64,000 bases of DNA from an uncultured Planktomarina sp. (lineage in GTDB: Bacteria > Pseudomonadota > Alphaproteobacteria > Rhodobacterales > Rhodobacteraceae). The notes beneath the pieces are model-generated. The model made no database searches. It worked only from the letters and a program-made list of their open reading frames with translations, and was not told where the DNA came from. The stretch lies in the NCBI RefSeq assembly GCF_905181815.1, contig NZ_CAJIZA010000005.1, one strand, 5' to 3'. Below are positions 9,182-20,230 of the stretch, in pieces. Numbering within the stretch: the first letter of the stretch is position 1; each line of letters opens with the position of its first letter. The position numbers and the translations under genes were made by a program.

Positions 9182-11203
9182 ATGACATCAAAATTTCTAC
9201 TTCATCTATCCAGTGATAGTATTGACCTTGAGCGCAGAGACGCATCGGGCCATTGGCATCGGCTTGGATCGGTCTTACCAGACACCAAACATTTGACCGA
9301 AGCGCTCACGCATTTGCGCCAAACAGCGGTGACGGACGCGACAAATCCGCTGGAAGTTCTCGTCGCGCTGCCCGACGATCAGATCAAACGTTTGGACCTC
9401 GATCACACCGACACTAGCAGCGCAGCCTTGCAGCATGCACTAGCGGGTCAGACCCCTTATGAGTTCAACGAACTTTGCGTGGACTGTCACCCCACACCCC
9501 AGGGGCAAACCATCGCGGTGATTGCGCAAGAAACGCTTGACGAGGCCGAAAGCCTCACCGAGGCCTTTGGCTTTAAGGCCGTGGGTTTCGTCGCTCTGCC
9601 GGGCGGCTCTTGGGGGAATAATTTTTCTGTATTTCAAAGATCTGGATTTGGCGACCAAGACCGACCAAGTGCCTATATCGCAGCTGTCCAAGAGGCTAGG
9701 GCAGCGGATCTGACGCCCCTTGCGGCCCTTACAGAGGAAGCTATTCATCCGCCCGAGCCGCCCATCGCAAATCTTACCCGCGCAGCCTCCCCCACGACAG
9801 ATCTCAGCGCAGGCGTAGCAGATGAAGCGGCACCAACGCCGCAGATTTCCACCAATTTAATTCTGCAAGTTGACATGGCCCCACTGCCCCCAAGCATAGG
9901 GGCCGCAACACAGGATGCACCCGGCCCGCAGGTTACCGACACCAAAGCCATGCCACCTGCGATCTCGCCAGCCGCAAGCGCCAAATCGCAAGTCAGCCAA
10001 CTAATGCGCATGGCGCAGCGCCTTGCAGGGATCCGCACACTCCTAAGCCAGAGCCTGCCCAAACCCACAGAGGCGCAGGTCGGCGGAAAGCCAAAATATT
10101 TGAGCTTGATCCTCACAACTCTGCTCTTGTTGTTCATGTTCACAGTAGCAGCGCTGGCCGCAACACTTGGGCGTGATAAAATCTACGCCTGGTTAGGCTA
10201 TTCCTCTTCCCAGGTAGAGATGACCGCGGGTCTTCCCGCTGACCCAATCGGTCAGGCCATTGAAATCAGATTACAACCTCTGAACGAGCCGTCTGCGCCG
10301 GCGGAGCAAGCTGCGTTCGTGCCACCGGTACGGGATGATGCGATACAATTGCAAAAGGCAGACGTCGCCCTCAAGGATCCTAAAAATGACGCAGAACCAG
10401 CCATTAGCCTTACCGCGCAGGAACCGCCGGCGGTGCGTGCTTTGGCCATCGGCCCTGTCGCCAAACCCGCCACCGTGCGCGCCACAGAAGAAAAAGGACT
10501 CATCGCGGCCCGAGATCAAGGCCTGCAAAGCGGAATAGCGACCCCGCTGCTGAACACGCCTTGGTTGAGTCCCGACCCGCTACCAGACAAGGAAAACCGC
10601 GAGCCAGAAGTCGCACAAGATCATACAGAGGGCCTCTCAGCCACCAATCAAACGACGCTTGCAGAACCTGCAAACATACCACCGGTAACAGCTACGCTGG
10701 AGCAGACAATTCAGACGGCGGCGGCCCTGCCGCAGGACGCCGCATCCGCAGAGGAGACAAATTCTTTGGTCGCATTCCAGCCCATGCCGCGCCCCGCTGG
10801 CCTCCCACCACCCGTGAAGCCAAAAACCCTGCCTGAGGGCAAAAGTCTTGCGCGCTCGCTGCGGCCGCAACCTCGTCCGCGCACGATTGAACTGGCGGCG
10901 CTCCTGCCAGCTCCGGTGGTGGCTAAACCGTCAGAAATCCAAGCACCCACAGCCACCAGTCGCAAGGCTGTTACCCGCTCTGCTACCCGAAAAAATGTAA
11001 TAAATTTACGCAATATCAACCTTATAGGAATAACTGGCACAACCCGACTCCGCAACGCGCTCGTGCGCCTACCCAATGGTCAGGTAGTCAAAGTGCGAAT
11101 AGGAGATCGGTTAGATGGCGGGCGCGTGACAGATATCTCGACTAAAAGTCTCACCTATGCCAAATCTGGCCGCTTGATTACTCTGGACATGCCACGCGGA
11201 TAG
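9182..11203 (+). CDS. large Pro/Ala-rich membrane-anchored protein with a compact C-terminal beta-rich domain
   Basis: 673 aa from the ATG. One clear TM segment (LSLILTTLLLLFMFTVAALAATL). Long low-complexity P/A/T/Q linkers. Conserved-looking C-terminus NLIGITGTTRLRNALVRLPNGQVVKVRIGDRLDGGRV. Confidence 0.75.
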   Translation: MTSKFLLHLSSDSIDLERRDASGHWHRLGSVLPDTKHLTEALTHLRQTAVTDATNPLEVLVALPDDQIKRLDLDHTDTSSAALQHALAGQTPYEFNELCVDCHPTPQGQTIAVIAQETLDEAESLTEAFGFKAVGFVALPGGSWGNNFSVFQRSGFGDQDRPSAYIAAVQEARAADLTPLAALTEEAIHPPEPPIANLTRAASPTTDLSAGVADEAAPTPQISTNLILQVDMAPLPPSIGAATQDAPGPQVTDTKAMPPAISPAASAKSQVSQLMRMAQRLAGIRTLLSQSLPKPTEAQVGGKPKYLSLILTTLLLLFMFTVAALAATLGRDKIYAWLGYSSSQVEMTAGLPADPIGQAIEIRLQPLNEPSAPAEQAAFVPPVRDDAIQLQKADVALKDPKNDAEPAISLTAQEPPAVRALAIGPVAKPATVRATEEKGLIAARDQGLQSGIATPLLNTPWLSPDPLPDKENREPEVAQDHTEGLSATNQTTLAEPANIPPVTATLEQTIQTAAALPQDAASAEETNSLVAFQPMPRPAGLPPPVKPKTLPEGKSLARSLRPQPRPRTIELAALLPAPVVAKPSEIQAPTATSRKAVTRSATRKNVINLRNINLIGITGTTRLRNALVRLPNGQVVKVRIGDRLDGGRVTDISTKSLTYAKSGRLITLDMPRG

Positions 11204-11208
11204 CGGTT

Positions 11209-12222
11209 TCACGCATCCGAGACCCCGGCTTCCGCAAATGTCGCCATGCCTGAAAGACAGGCCACCGCCCCTTTCAAAACACCTATCGCCAATGCACCGC
11301 CAGAGCCTTCACCCAGCCGCAGCCCCAGTGACAACAGCGGTGTCTTGCCAAGATGCTCTAAAAGCCGCGCGTGAGCGCCTTCGGCGCTTTTATGACCCGC
11401 CTGGGTGTGATCCAAGGCCGCCGGGTTCATCACATGCAGAACCAAAGCGGCCGCTGAACAAATGAACCCATCCAAAAGTACGGGAACACGATGGGCACGC
11501 GCCGCTGCAATGGATCCGGCCATAGCGGCAATTTCCCGTCCACCGAGCGCCTGTAGAACAGACAGAGGATCATCCAAAATCTCAGCATGACGGGACAATC
11601 CCACCTCCACCACAGAACATTTTTTGGCCAGACCGGCATCATCCACGCCCGTGCCGCGCCCAACCCAATCTTGAACCGCGCCACCAAGCAAAGCCGCCGC
11701 AATCGCCGCAGCTGGCGTTGTATTGCCAATGCCCATTTCGCCAGCCACAAATAGATCGGCCTTCGGATCCACCGCCCGCCAGCCGATTTGCAAAGCGGAC
11801 AGCAAGTCGGCCTCAGTCATTGCCGGCCCCTGGGTGAAATCTTGCGTTGGCCGATCCAGATCTAATGCAACCACGTCCATTTTTGCACCAAAGGTCTTGG
11901 AAATCTGGTTGATCGCCGCGCCACCAGCTTGGAAGTTAAAGACCATTTGCTGTGTCACTTCCGGCGGAAATGCCGAGACTCCAGAAGCAGCAACCCCATG
12001 GTTTCCAGCGAAAATAACAACCTGAGGCGCTTTAATATGTGGCTGCGCTTGTCCGGACCAACGGGCGTACCAAATCGCCAAATCCTCCAAATCACCCAAA
12101 GCGCCAGGTGGTTTTGTCAACTGTGCATTGCGCTCGGTCGCAGCCTGCCCGGCACTGTCATCCGCACTAGGCAGATTGTTCATAAAGTCACGAAACTCGG
12201 CTACCGAAAAAATCTCATGCAT
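11209..12222 (-). CDS. cobT: nicotinate-nucleotide--dimethylbenzimidazole phosphoribosyltransferase
   Basis: 337 aa. GEMGIGNTT motif and overall CobT-like sequence. Confidence 0.93.
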   Translation of the reverse strand: MHEIFSVAEFRDFMNNLPSADDSAGQAATERNAQLTKPPGALGDLEDLAIWYARWSGQAQPHIKAPQVVIFAGNHGVAASGVSAFPPEVTQQMVFNFQAGGAAINQISKTFGAKMDVVALDLDRPTQDFTQGPAMTEADLLSALQIGWRAVDPKADLFVAGEMGIGNTTPAAAIAAALLGGAVQDWVGRGTGVDDAGLAKKCSVVEVGLSRHAEILDDPLSVLQALGGREIAAMAGSIAAARAHRVPVLLDGFICSAAALVLHVMNPAALDHTQAGHKSAEGAHARLLEHLGKTPLLSLGLRLGEGSGGALAIGVLKGAVACLSGMATFAEAGVSDA

Positions 12223-12305
12223 AGTTTATATAAATCCGTTAATTGCAGTTGATCCTGTGATTATCACAGCGCAGAATAAGTTGATGTGACTAAAGGACCC
12301 GCTTA

Positions 12306-13058
12306 ATGTCTAACTCCGACACATGGTTTCCAAAATGGAGCGACATCCCCGCCGCGATCAGCCTGCTCAGCCGCTTGCCCGTGTGGGTTGACACGAAGCA
12401 AGCACAAGCGCATGGCGCTCACCCAAGCTGGGCCTATGGTCTGGCTGGGGCCCTTTTTGGCGCGCTGGCCGCTTTAGCCGCCTGGGTTGGGCTTGTGTTG
12501 GGCCTGCCGAGTCTTGCCATCGGCATGCTTGTGGTCGGCACGACAGCATGGGTCACGGGTGCAATGCATTATGACGGGCTGGCCGATAGTTTGGATGGGC
12601 TTTGGGGGGGCTGGAGCCCAAAGCAGCGCCTTGATATCATGAGAGACAGCCACATAGGTGTGTATGGCGTCGTTGGACTGATCTGCATGTTGGGCCTGCA
12701 AGCCGCGCTATATGGCCAGATGGCCAAGCATAGCCTTTGGCCCATCCTTGGCGTTATGGCCCTCTCACGGGCTATTATGGTGCCGCTGATGACAGCGCTG
12801 CCCAATGCCCGCGGTGAGGGATTATCAGCCAGCGTTGGCCGACCCGCCTCCCAAACTGCCGTTGTGGCCGTGGCGCTTGGAGGGGCGATTGCGGCGTTGA
12901 CCGGGGCGTGGCCAGCCTTGATCGGGGCGCCTCTTGGCGCTTTGGCCGTTGCCGCAATCGCGAAGCGAAAAATTGGTGGGCAGACAGGTGATATTTTAGG
13001 GGCGAGCCAGCAATGCGCCGAAACCTGCGCCTTGATCTGTCTCATCGCCCTACTTTGA
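12306..13058 (+). CDS. cobS: adenosylcobinamide-GDP ribazoletransferase (cobalamin synthase)
   Basis: 250 aa polytopic membrane protein. YDGLADSLDG and GGQTGDILGA motifs. Divergent from cobT. Confidence 0.9.
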   Translation: MSNSDTWFPKWSDIPAAISLLSRLPVWVDTKQAQAHGAHPSWAYGLAGALFGALAALAAWVGLVLGLPSLAIGMLVVGTTAWVTGAMHYDGLADSLDGLWGGWSPKQRLDIMRDSHIGVYGVVGLICMLGLQAALYGQMAKHSLWPILGVMALSRAIMVPLMTALPNARGEGLSASVGRPASQTAVVAVALGGAIAALTGAWPALIGAPLGALAVAAIAKRKIGGQTGDILGASQQCAETCALICLIALL

Positions 13059-13129
13059 GGCCGCCTTAGATGACCCGTCCCGCGCCAAACCTATTGATCC
13101 TCAGCGCGGGCATGGTATCATGTCTAACT

Positions 13130-13648
13130 CTAGCTGGCTGCCGGAACCACACGCGACATCAGCACATCGGTGATTTCTTGCCCGGCCGTTGATTCTTCGG
13201 CCCCATTCACCACGGCAATTTCGCGTGTTAGACGCTCAAGCGCGGCCTCATAAAGCTGGCGTTCTGAATAGCTTTGCTCGCGCTGGTCATCGGTGCGGTG
13301 CAAATCACGCACCACCTCGGCTATTGCGATCAAATCACCGGAGTTGATCTTCTGCTCATATTCCTGTGCTCTGCGGGACCACATAGCCCTTTTCACCTTG
13401 GCTTTGCCGCGTAGGATCGCCATGGCATGGGCCACCACATCTGGCGTTGCCAACGGGCGCATGCCCACTTCAATCGCCTTGTGAGTTGGCACGCGCAGGG
13501 TCATCTTATCTTTATCAAAAGCCACAACGAATAACTCAAGGGTGATGCCCGCAACTTCTTGCTCATCAACCGCAGTGACCTTGCCAACCCCATGGGCAGG
13601 ATAGACCACATACTCGTCAATACGGAAATCAAGTTTTTTCTTACTCAT
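13130..13648 (-). CDS. carD: CarD-family transcriptional regulator
   Basis: MSKKKLDFRIDEYVVYPAHGVGKV N-terminal CarD/TRCF RNAP-interaction domain. Confidence 0.9.
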   Translation of the reverse strand: MSKKKLDFRIDEYVVYPAHGVGKVTAVDEQEVAGITLELFVVAFDKDKMTLRVPTHKAIEVGMRPLATPDVVAHAMAILRGKAKVKRAMWSRRAQEYEQKINSGDLIAIAEVVRDLHRTDDQREQSYSERQLYEAALERLTREIAVVNGAEESTAGQEITDVLMSRVVPAAS

Positions 13649-13801
13649 CTTTGTCCTTTCACGCCGACGCACCGGTGTACCTGCTGTAAGGAAACAGCCT
13701 TAGGGTTAGATTAGAGAGGATGCGCTTGGCGCTGTGTGTAAAACAGCTGTTCATCTGGGTCTAACGTATCATATTTTGAGCGATTGATAAAGCGGGGCTA
13801 T

Positions 13802-14140
13802 TTACCCACCAGTTCCGGCCGCTTCAGAGAAATATTTCTCCAACTTGCCCTCTTCGCCATCGCGGGCTTCCGCATCGGGAAGCTCGTCTTTTTTTGTGAT
13901 GATCACAGGCCAGGCCTCGGAATACTTCCGGTTGAAATCCACCCATTTTTCCATATCTGGCTCGGTATCCGGCCGAATAGCATCGGCGGGGCACTCAGGT
14001 TCACAAACACCACAATCAATACACTCGTCGGGATGTATAACCAACATATTTTCACCCTCGTAGAAACAATCTACCGGGCAGACCTCAACGCAGTCTGTGT
14101 ATTTACAGTCGATACAATTGTCTGTGACAACATATGTCAT
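13802..14140 (-). CDS. fdxA: 7Fe ferredoxin
   Basis: [26 protein letters not shown] and [12 protein letters not shown] cluster motifs. 112 aa. Confidence 0.93.
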   Translation of the reverse strand: MTYVVTDNCIDCKYTDCVEVCPVDCFYEGENMLVIHPDECIDCGVCEPECPADAIRPDTEPDMEKWVDFNRKYSEAWPVIITKKDELPDAEARDGEEGKLEKYFSEAAGTGG

Positions 14141-14208
14141 AATCGTGTTTCCTTTAACTTCGACTTGCGCATAAACCGCAAGCCACTCTTTGGCAAGTTA
14201 CGCGTGAC

Positions 14209-14586
14209 TTAGTTCTCTTCAAGATCTTGCTTAAATTTCTGAATGGCCCGGCGCTCGCGGGCCGTCGGGCGGTGATCCGCCTTTGGACTGGCTGTGAATG
14301 CGGGCTTGGGTGCAGGGGGCGCCAAGTCAAGATAGAGGGCCTGGGCCTCTGGAGCGGGGCCGCGCCGCGTGCCAAGTGCGCGCACTTCAATCACCCGTGT
14401 GTCCAATGCTTTTGGGAATGTCAGCACATCGCCGACGCTGATCATACGCGCGGGCTTGGAGATCAAATCCCCATTCAGGCGCAGCTTACCTGATTGCACC
14501 AGCTTTGTGGCCAGGCTCCGCGTCTTGAAAAACCGGGCCTGCCAGAGCCATCTGTCAATTCGAAGACCCGGTTTTGCCTCACTCAC
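14209..14586 (-). CDS. S4-domain RNA-binding protein (Hsp15-like)
   Basis: LRIDRWLWQARFFKTRSLA S4 motif. 4-nt overlap with the upstream helicase stop. Confidence 0.8.
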   Translation of the reverse strand: MSEAKPGLRIDRWLWQARFFKTRSLATKLVQSGKLRLNGDLISKPARMISVGDVLTFPKALDTRVIEVRALGTRRGPAPEAQALYLDLAPPAPKPAFTASPKADHRPTARERRAIQKFKQDLEEN

Positions 14587-17402
14587 TTTTTGTTAAATCC
14601 CATCAAGGCTGCGGCAAAGGGGTTGTCTGGATCGATCGGCTTGTCACGTTTGGGAGGGCCAGCTTGGAAACTCTCCGCTTTGCCGGGACTGCCGCCTGCC
14701 TTTCCGCCTTTGCCCTTCGGTGCACGATCGTGTTTGGGCTTACCGCGTGGCTTTTGGCCTTTGCGCGGCCCATCCACCGAGCGGTCCACACGTTTCGCAC
14801 CCCATGCGAACGTATAAAAGACCTCCATTTCCACGGGTGCCGCCTCCTTGGTTGCATCTAATGAGGCATCTTGGGCTGCCGCGGCGTGTGATTCCGGCTC
14901 TGCTGCTGGGATCTCTACAGTCGGCGCATCCTTTGCTGCGGTCTCGACTGCATTAGGTATCCCGTCACCAGAAACATCCGTATCACCGAAAGGCGCCTCC
15001 ACCACCGGCGCAGTCGCGGGCGCTTTCACCTTGATCCGCTCAGCCTTTTCTGCGCGATACCCCAGACCCTGCATCAAATTGGCAAATTGCTCCAACGTCA
15101 TGCCCGTGATCGACAGCATATCCGCCGTGGCTTCAAATCCGCCACGCGTGTCCTGGGTGCGCAGCATATCTGCGAGGCGTTCAGCCATATCTACACGCAA
15201 AGCCCGTTCGCCAGCAGCGCGATAACCGGATTTCAAATGATAGCCCACAGGCTTTGTCTCATCGGTCGGCACAGTCACTAGACCCGGGGGTGGCGCCTCA
15301 GGAAATTCTTGCAGGCCTGAGGCCAAAGACCAAAGTAACAACCGCAGGCGCGTTGGCGCAGGTTTGAGCAACAACGGCATGAAGATTGCAAACTGACCAA
15401 ATCGGATGCCATGCTTGCGCAACGCGCTGCGGGCTTCTTGATCCAAGGATTTCACATCCTCGCCCACATCCGCCCGGTCCAAAACCCCCAGCCCTTCGAT
15501 CATCTGAAACGCAAAGCCGCGCGCCATGCCAGTGAGACTTTCGTCGCGCTGCATATTTATCAAAGGTTCAAATAAGGTGGCTATTTTGCGATCTATAAAA
15601 TGCTGCAGACGTCGCGTCACTTTCTCAGCCACTTCTGGCCCAGCCTCTACATCAACGAAGGCCTGCACATGCGGTTTGAGCGCATTTGAGCCGGGAACCA
15701 GCTTGCCCACCGCCGAGCTGCCCCACATCAGGCCGCCTTGTTCAGTGAAATCAATTTCCGTATCTGGCGCATTGTACATCCGATCCGCCCGAAGATGAAA
15801 CTCGGGGGCCAGGGCTTGAAGACTGGCGCTGCGGAGCGTCTTGGCCTCATCGGGTGACGCGCTGGCATCTTGCCGAAATTGAAATCCCTCAAGCCGCCCA
15901 ACAAACTGCTCTTCTACTGTTACTTCGCCATCTTTATTCACGTCGGCCACAAGGCTCTCCTTCTGTTTCAGTCGCCGCATCAAAATAGATGTGCGCCGAT
16001 CGACAAATCTTTGGGTCAGCGCGATATGCAGCGCGTCTGACAAGCGGTCCTCTACAGCGCGGGTCGCTTCGCGCCAATGTTCATGATCATGGGCCCAGTC
16101 TTTGCGTTGCGCAACATAGGTCCATGTGCGGATATAGGCTAACCTTTTTGACAGGGCGTCAATGTCACCCTTGGTATTATCTAAACTATTTATGCTTCCC
16201 GCGAGCCAATCTTGCGGAATTTGCCCCATTTCATGCAAATAGTTGTAAATAATACCCAGAAGCTCGGCATGTTGCCGATTTGAAATGCTTCGAAAATCAG
16301 GAATTCGGCAGACGTCCCAAAGCAGCGCAACCGAGGCGCCGTCGCTCGCGCGCGCAGCAACTTCTGCATCTTGTACCAAAGTCTTGAGCGCCGCCAAATC
16401 ACAGCTTTCACGCACACGGGTCAGCCATTCATTGTTGGTATGTTGCTCTAGTGCAGAGATCAGCGCTTTGGTGGAGCCAAATTGCAGCTTGGCATTGCGC
16501 CAGTAAAGCTTGGTCAAAGGCGCAAACCGATTTTCGGTAATGGCCTGAACCAATTCATCATGCAAAGGCGCAGCTTCACCGGTAACGCCGAAGCTGCCAT
16601 TATTCATATGTCGTCCAGCACGGCCTGCGATTTGCGCCAGTTCAGTTGGCAAAAGCGGTCGCATGCGGTTGCCATCAAATTTTGATGTTGCTGAAAAGGC
16701 CACATGATTCACATCCAAATTGAGCCCCATGCCAATGGCATCGGTGGCGACAAGATAATCTACATCGCCGTTTTGATACATCTCAACCTGCGCATTGCGC
16801 GTCCGCGGGCTCAACGCCCCCATAACCACCGCCGCCCCACCCTTTTGGCGCCGCAGAAGTTCGGCAATTCCATAGACATTATCAACGCTAAACGACACGA
16901 TGGCAGAGCGTTCTGGCATGCGGCTGATTTTTTTTTGCCCGCTGTAACTCAGCTCGGAAAATCTCTCCCGGTGCATAAAATCCGCACTCGGAACCAAAGC
17001 CGCAATGGCCTTGCGCATGGTTTCTGCTCCCATAAAGAGCGTTTCATGCAAGCCGCGCGCACGCAGCAAACGGTCCGTGAAGACATGGCCGCGCTCGGGA
17101 TCGGCGCAGAGTTGGATCTCATCTACCGCTAGAAAATCACACCCCATACCCTCGGGCATGGCCTCAACCGTACAAACCCAATATTTCGCGCGCGGCGGCA
17201 CAATGCGCTCCTCGCCGGTTACCAAAGCCACAACGGACGGTCCCCGGAGCGTTACGATTTTGTCATAGACCTCACGTGCCAGCAATCGCAGCGGCAATCC
17301 AATGATTCCCGTGCGATGCGCCAGCATCCGTTCAATGGCATAATGGGTTTTACCCGTGTTGGTCGGGCCTAAAACGGCCACAATTCGGTTATTTGGAGCC
17401 AT
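14583..17402 (-). CDS. superfamily-2 ATP-dependent helicase (Suv3-like) with a basic C-terminal tail
   Basis: Walker A GPTNTGKT, DEIQ box, helicase C region, and a Lys/Gly/Pro-rich C-terminus. Confidence 0.85.
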   Translation of the reverse strand: MAPNNRIVAVLGPTNTGKTHYAIERMLAHRTGIIGLPLRLLAREVYDKIVTLRGPSVVALVTGEERIVPPRAKYWVCTVEAMPEGMGCDFLAVDEIQLCADPERGHVFTDRLLRARGLHETLFMGAETMRKAIAALVPSADFMHRERFSELSYSGQKKISRMPERSAIVSFSVDNVYGIAELLRRQKGGAAVVMGALSPRTRNAQVEMYQNGDVDYLVATDAIGMGLNLDVNHVAFSATSKFDGNRMRPLLPTELAQIAGRAGRHMNNGSFGVTGEAAPLHDELVQAITENRFAPLTKLYWRNAKLQFGSTKALISALEQHTNNEWLTRVRESCDLAALKTLVQDAEVAARASDGASVALLWDVCRIPDFRSISNRQHAELLGIIYNYLHEMGQIPQDWLAGSINSLDNTKGDIDALSKRLAYIRTWTYVAQRKDWAHDHEHWREATRAVEDRLSDALHIALTQRFVDRRTSILMRRLKQKESLVADVNKDGEVTVEEQFVGRLEGFQFRQDASASPDEAKTLRSASLQALAPEFHLRADRMYNAPDTEIDFTEQGGLMWGSSAVGKLVPGSNALKPHVQAFVDVEAGPEVAEKVTRRLQHFIDRKIATLFEPLINMQRDESLTGMARGFAFQMIEGLGVLDRADVGEDVKSLDQEARSALRKHGIRFGQFAIFMPLLLKPAPTRLRLLLWSLASGLQEFPEAPPPGLVTVPTDETKPVGYHLKSGYRAAGERALRVDMAERLADMLRTQDTRGGFEATADMLSITGMTLEQFANLMQGLGYRAEKAERIKVKAPATAPVVEAPFGDTDVSGDGIPNAVETAAKDAPTVEIPAAEPESHAAAAQDASLDATKEAAPVEMEVFYTFAWGAKRVDRSVDGPRKGQKPRGKPKHDRAPKGKGGKAGGSPGKAESFQAGPPKRDKPIDPDNPFAAALMGFNKK

Positions 17403-17421
17403 TGGCCAATCCCTTAACGGA

Positions 17422-17982
17422 TTACAGGGCTTGCCCTAGGGTTTTTGCTTCAAGTAGCGCGCGCGCTTTCGATATAATTTCGGCATGAGGATGTATAGCC
17501 TCAATCCGACGCAGGATCTCAAAAGCCTCCTGATAAAGCCCAGCATCATCGAAAATCAACACCAGCCCTTCAAGGGCCTGAAAATGGCGTGGCTCCAGGG
17601 ACAAAGCTCGCTCGAGAGCGGCCAAAGCGGGACCTATTTTGCCCATGTTGAATAGGGTCACCGCGCTCAGGTTCCAGCCCTCAGCAAATTCTGGCGCATG
17701 ATCGGTCAGGGCTGTCAAATACCCCATGGCTGTTTTCTGATCGCCGGCATCGATGGCAATCTTCGCCCGAGACAACAGCAAGTCGGCCGCTGGAGATCCG
17801 CTTTTTGACCATTCCTGCCGGATTTTCGCCTCCAACGCCAGCGCATCAGCGGCATCTACATTCTTCAAACGCTCAAACAATGCATCCAACCGCGCCGATT
17901 GTCCTGCCGCCATCTCGGCTGCCGCAACAAATAGACAGATTGCCGCTAGGATTGATTTGAGTTTCCAAAAAATACTGTCCAT
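17422..17982 (-). CDS. secreted TPR-repeat protein
   Basis: N-terminal signal-like segment followed by TPR-like helices. Paralogous in layout to ORF 35911..36450. Confidence 0.7.
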   Translation of the reverse strand: MDSIFWKLKSILAAICLFVAAAEMAAGQSARLDALFERLKNVDAADALALEAKIRQEWSKSGSPAADLLLSRAKIAIDAGDQKTAMGYLTALTDHAPEFAEGWNLSAVTLFNMGKIGPALAALERALSLEPRHFQALEGLVLIFDDAGLYQEAFEILRRIEAIHPHAEIISKARALLEAKTLGQAL

Positions 17983-18055
17983 AATCGAGACGTAGCATAG
18001 TTTTTCGGGGTTTCAGCCCCTCGGTGTAAAATAAAATGATTAAGGAAGATGTTGT

Positions 18056-18346
18056 ATGAGCCAAATATTGAACCAAGCCCGTGATGTTTTAACGCAAAAG
18101 CTGGACGGCGGCGTTTTTGATGGCTCTGCAAAATTTTCAATTGCCGGTGAGGGCGCTTTAATCCTGGACAGTGAGGGGGTGCGAATTTCCGACGAACCGG
18201 CGGATGTGACCCTTTCGGCCACGGCAGAGGTCTTCGAGGATATTCTTGCCGGCACGCAAAATCCAACCTCTGCTTTCATGAGTGGCAAGCTCTTGGTGGA
18301 GGGAGACATGGGTCTGGCCATGCGACTGGCAGGTTTTTTGAGCTGA
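18056..18346 (+). CDS. SCP2 sterol-binding domain protein
   Basis: 96 aa. C-terminal FMSGKLLVEGDMGLAMRL is typical SCP2. Confidence 0.8.
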   Translation: MSQILNQARDVLTQKLDGGVFDGSAKFSIAGEGALILDSEGVRISDEPADVTLSATAEVFEDILAGTQNPTSAFMSGKLLVEGDMGLAMRLAGFLS

Positions 18347-19293
18347 TGCTAAGCAATGCGCCGCTGCTGAACGATCTGGCGCGCGGCCCCGCGGGAGCCT
18401 CGGGCCATTGGGTGCAAACACAAGACGGGCTGCGCCTGCGCCTTGGGGTTTGGCGAAATGGGGCAAAAGGGACGGTCTTGATATTCCCCGGGCGCACTGA
18501 ATATGTTGAAAAATATGGTGGAGCCGCAGCTGCCCTTGCCGAGGCCGGTTACACCTCCTTGGCCATAGACTGGCGCGGCCAGGGTCTGTCAGACCGACTG
18601 TTGCCAGATCGCCTGATCGGACATGTGCACAGGTTTTCTGACTATCAGCGGGACGTGCAAACTCTTATGATCGCAGCAAAGACATTAGACCTTCCCAAAC
18701 CGTATTTTATGATGGCCCACTCCATGGGCGGCTGCATAGGCTTGCGGTCCCTTGCTCAAGAATTGGCCGTACAGGCGGTAAGTTTCTCCGCGCCCATGTG
18801 GGGAATTTTGTTCCACCCACCTGCGAAACGCGCCTTAGCTTGGGGGTTATCCAGCCTCCTGCATCCGTTCAAATTGGCTGAAATGCGCGCGCCTGGAACC
18901 TCTGTTGGATCCAATTTACAGGAGGTTTTATTTCAGGAAAATCAGTTGAGCTGTGATCCACAAATGTTTGAAATGATGCAAGACCAACTGCAAGAAATTC
19001 CAGATTTCGCCCTTGGCGGCCCGAGCTTGCGCTGGCTCAATGAAGCACTGCGCGAGATGTTATCGCTGCACCGTCACCGCGCACCAAACTACCCAGCCCT
19101 GTGCTTTTTAGGTGACCTGGAAACCATTGTGGACCCAAGGCGCATTCAGCAGCGTATGGCCAATTGGCCCGGAGCCTGCCTAAAGGTAATTTCCCAGGCC
19201 AAACATGAATTCATGATGGAACGCCCCGAGATCCGAATGGAATTTTACCGCGAAACCATCGCCCATTTTGATCGCCATCACCCAAGTGCATGA
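18346..19293 (+). CDS. alpha/beta hydrolase (lysophospholipase-like)
   Basis: MAHSMGG nucleophile elbow. TGATG stop/start overlap with the SCP2 gene. Confidence 0.85.
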   Translation: MLSNAPLLNDLARGPAGASGHWVQTQDGLRLRLGVWRNGAKGTVLIFPGRTEYVEKYGGAAAALAEAGYTSLAIDWRGQGLSDRLLPDRLIGHVHRFSDYQRDVQTLMIAAKTLDLPKPYFMMAHSMGGCIGLRSLAQELAVQAVSFSAPMWGILFHPPAKRALAWGLSSLLHPFKLAEMRAPGTSVGSNLQEVLFQENQLSCDPQMFEMMQDQLQEIPDFALGGPSLRWLNEALREMLSLHRHRAPNYPALCFLGDLETIVDPRRIQQRMANWPGACLKVISQAKHEFMMERPEIRMEFYRETIAHFDRHHPSA

Positions 19294-20042
19294 ATGCCGG
19301 CTGCATCAGCATTGGCCCCAGACTTCATCCAGCCCTGCTCGGAACCAATAAAGAACATATGCGCCCCAAATTGCGCCCAATCCACAGCCTTCAAGGCATT
19401 GGGCACAAAAGTCATATAGGCTTTGCCTGAAACCTCGGCCGCCGCGCCGCAACGCGCCAAAGCCACACGCAGCTCCTCAGAATTGGTGTCGCTATATCCC
19501 ATTGAGACACTCATATCTGACGGCCCCAGGAACAAACCGTCCACGCCAGGAGTCGCGGCAATTTTCTCGACATTTTCCAACGCTTCAGGCTCTTCAATCT
19601 GGGCAATCACAACGGTTTGACGCGCCGATTGCGCCAACACTTCTGCCATATTTTGCGTGCCATATCCAGCCCAGCGTGTGGCACCAGCAAAACCACGACC
19701 CCCAGGACTAAAATGCGAGGCGCGCACCAAATTTTCGGCCTGCTCCGACGTGACGATATGCGGTGCCACCACGCCAACCGCTCCCATATCCAAAACCTGC
19801 AAAACGGTTTGGGGTGCAAAATGCGTCACCCGCACCAGCACCGGAAAATCCAAGGCCCGCGCTACTGCCAAACAGGCATCAGTGCGCGCCCGGTCAAAGG
19901 GACTATGCTCCATATCGATGCAAATAAAATCTAGCTGCGAGGTGGCCAGAACCTCCACCAATTCATAGGCTGGCGTTTTTAAAAATGTCCCGGCCATCAT
20001 ATCACGATTTGCCATGCGGGATTTAAAATTCTCAATGCGCAT
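19278..20042 (-). CDS. HpcH/HpaI-family aldolase
   Basis: HpcH/HpaI-like sequence (DFICIDMEHSPFD…). Start at an ATG preceded by GGAGA. Confidence 0.85.
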   Translation of the reverse strand: MRIENFKSRMANRDMMAGTFLKTPAYELVEVLATSQLDFICIDMEHSPFDRARTDACLAVARALDFPVLVRVTHFAPQTVLQVLDMGAVGVVAPHIVTSEQAENLVRASHFSPGGRGFAGATRWAGYGTQNMAEVLAQSARQTVVIAQIEEPEALENVEKIAATPGVDGLFLGPSDMSVSMGYSDTNSEELRVALARCGAAAEVSGKAYMTFVPNALKAVDWAQFGAHMFFIGSEQGWMKSGANADAAGIHALG

Positions 20043-20230
20043 AAGTTCTCCAATTCTAGCAACAGCCAAAGCAGAGCATGAAGTGCTGAGAAATTCAATT
20101 TGAATTCCGAACGCTTAAAGTGGCTTTCCTCCCAACACAAAAAACATTAGACAGAGCACGAGATACCGAATAATTTTGCAGCTCAAAACTGGGCGTTTTC
20201 TGAGCCAGCTGACCGAACAATACAGCCCTG

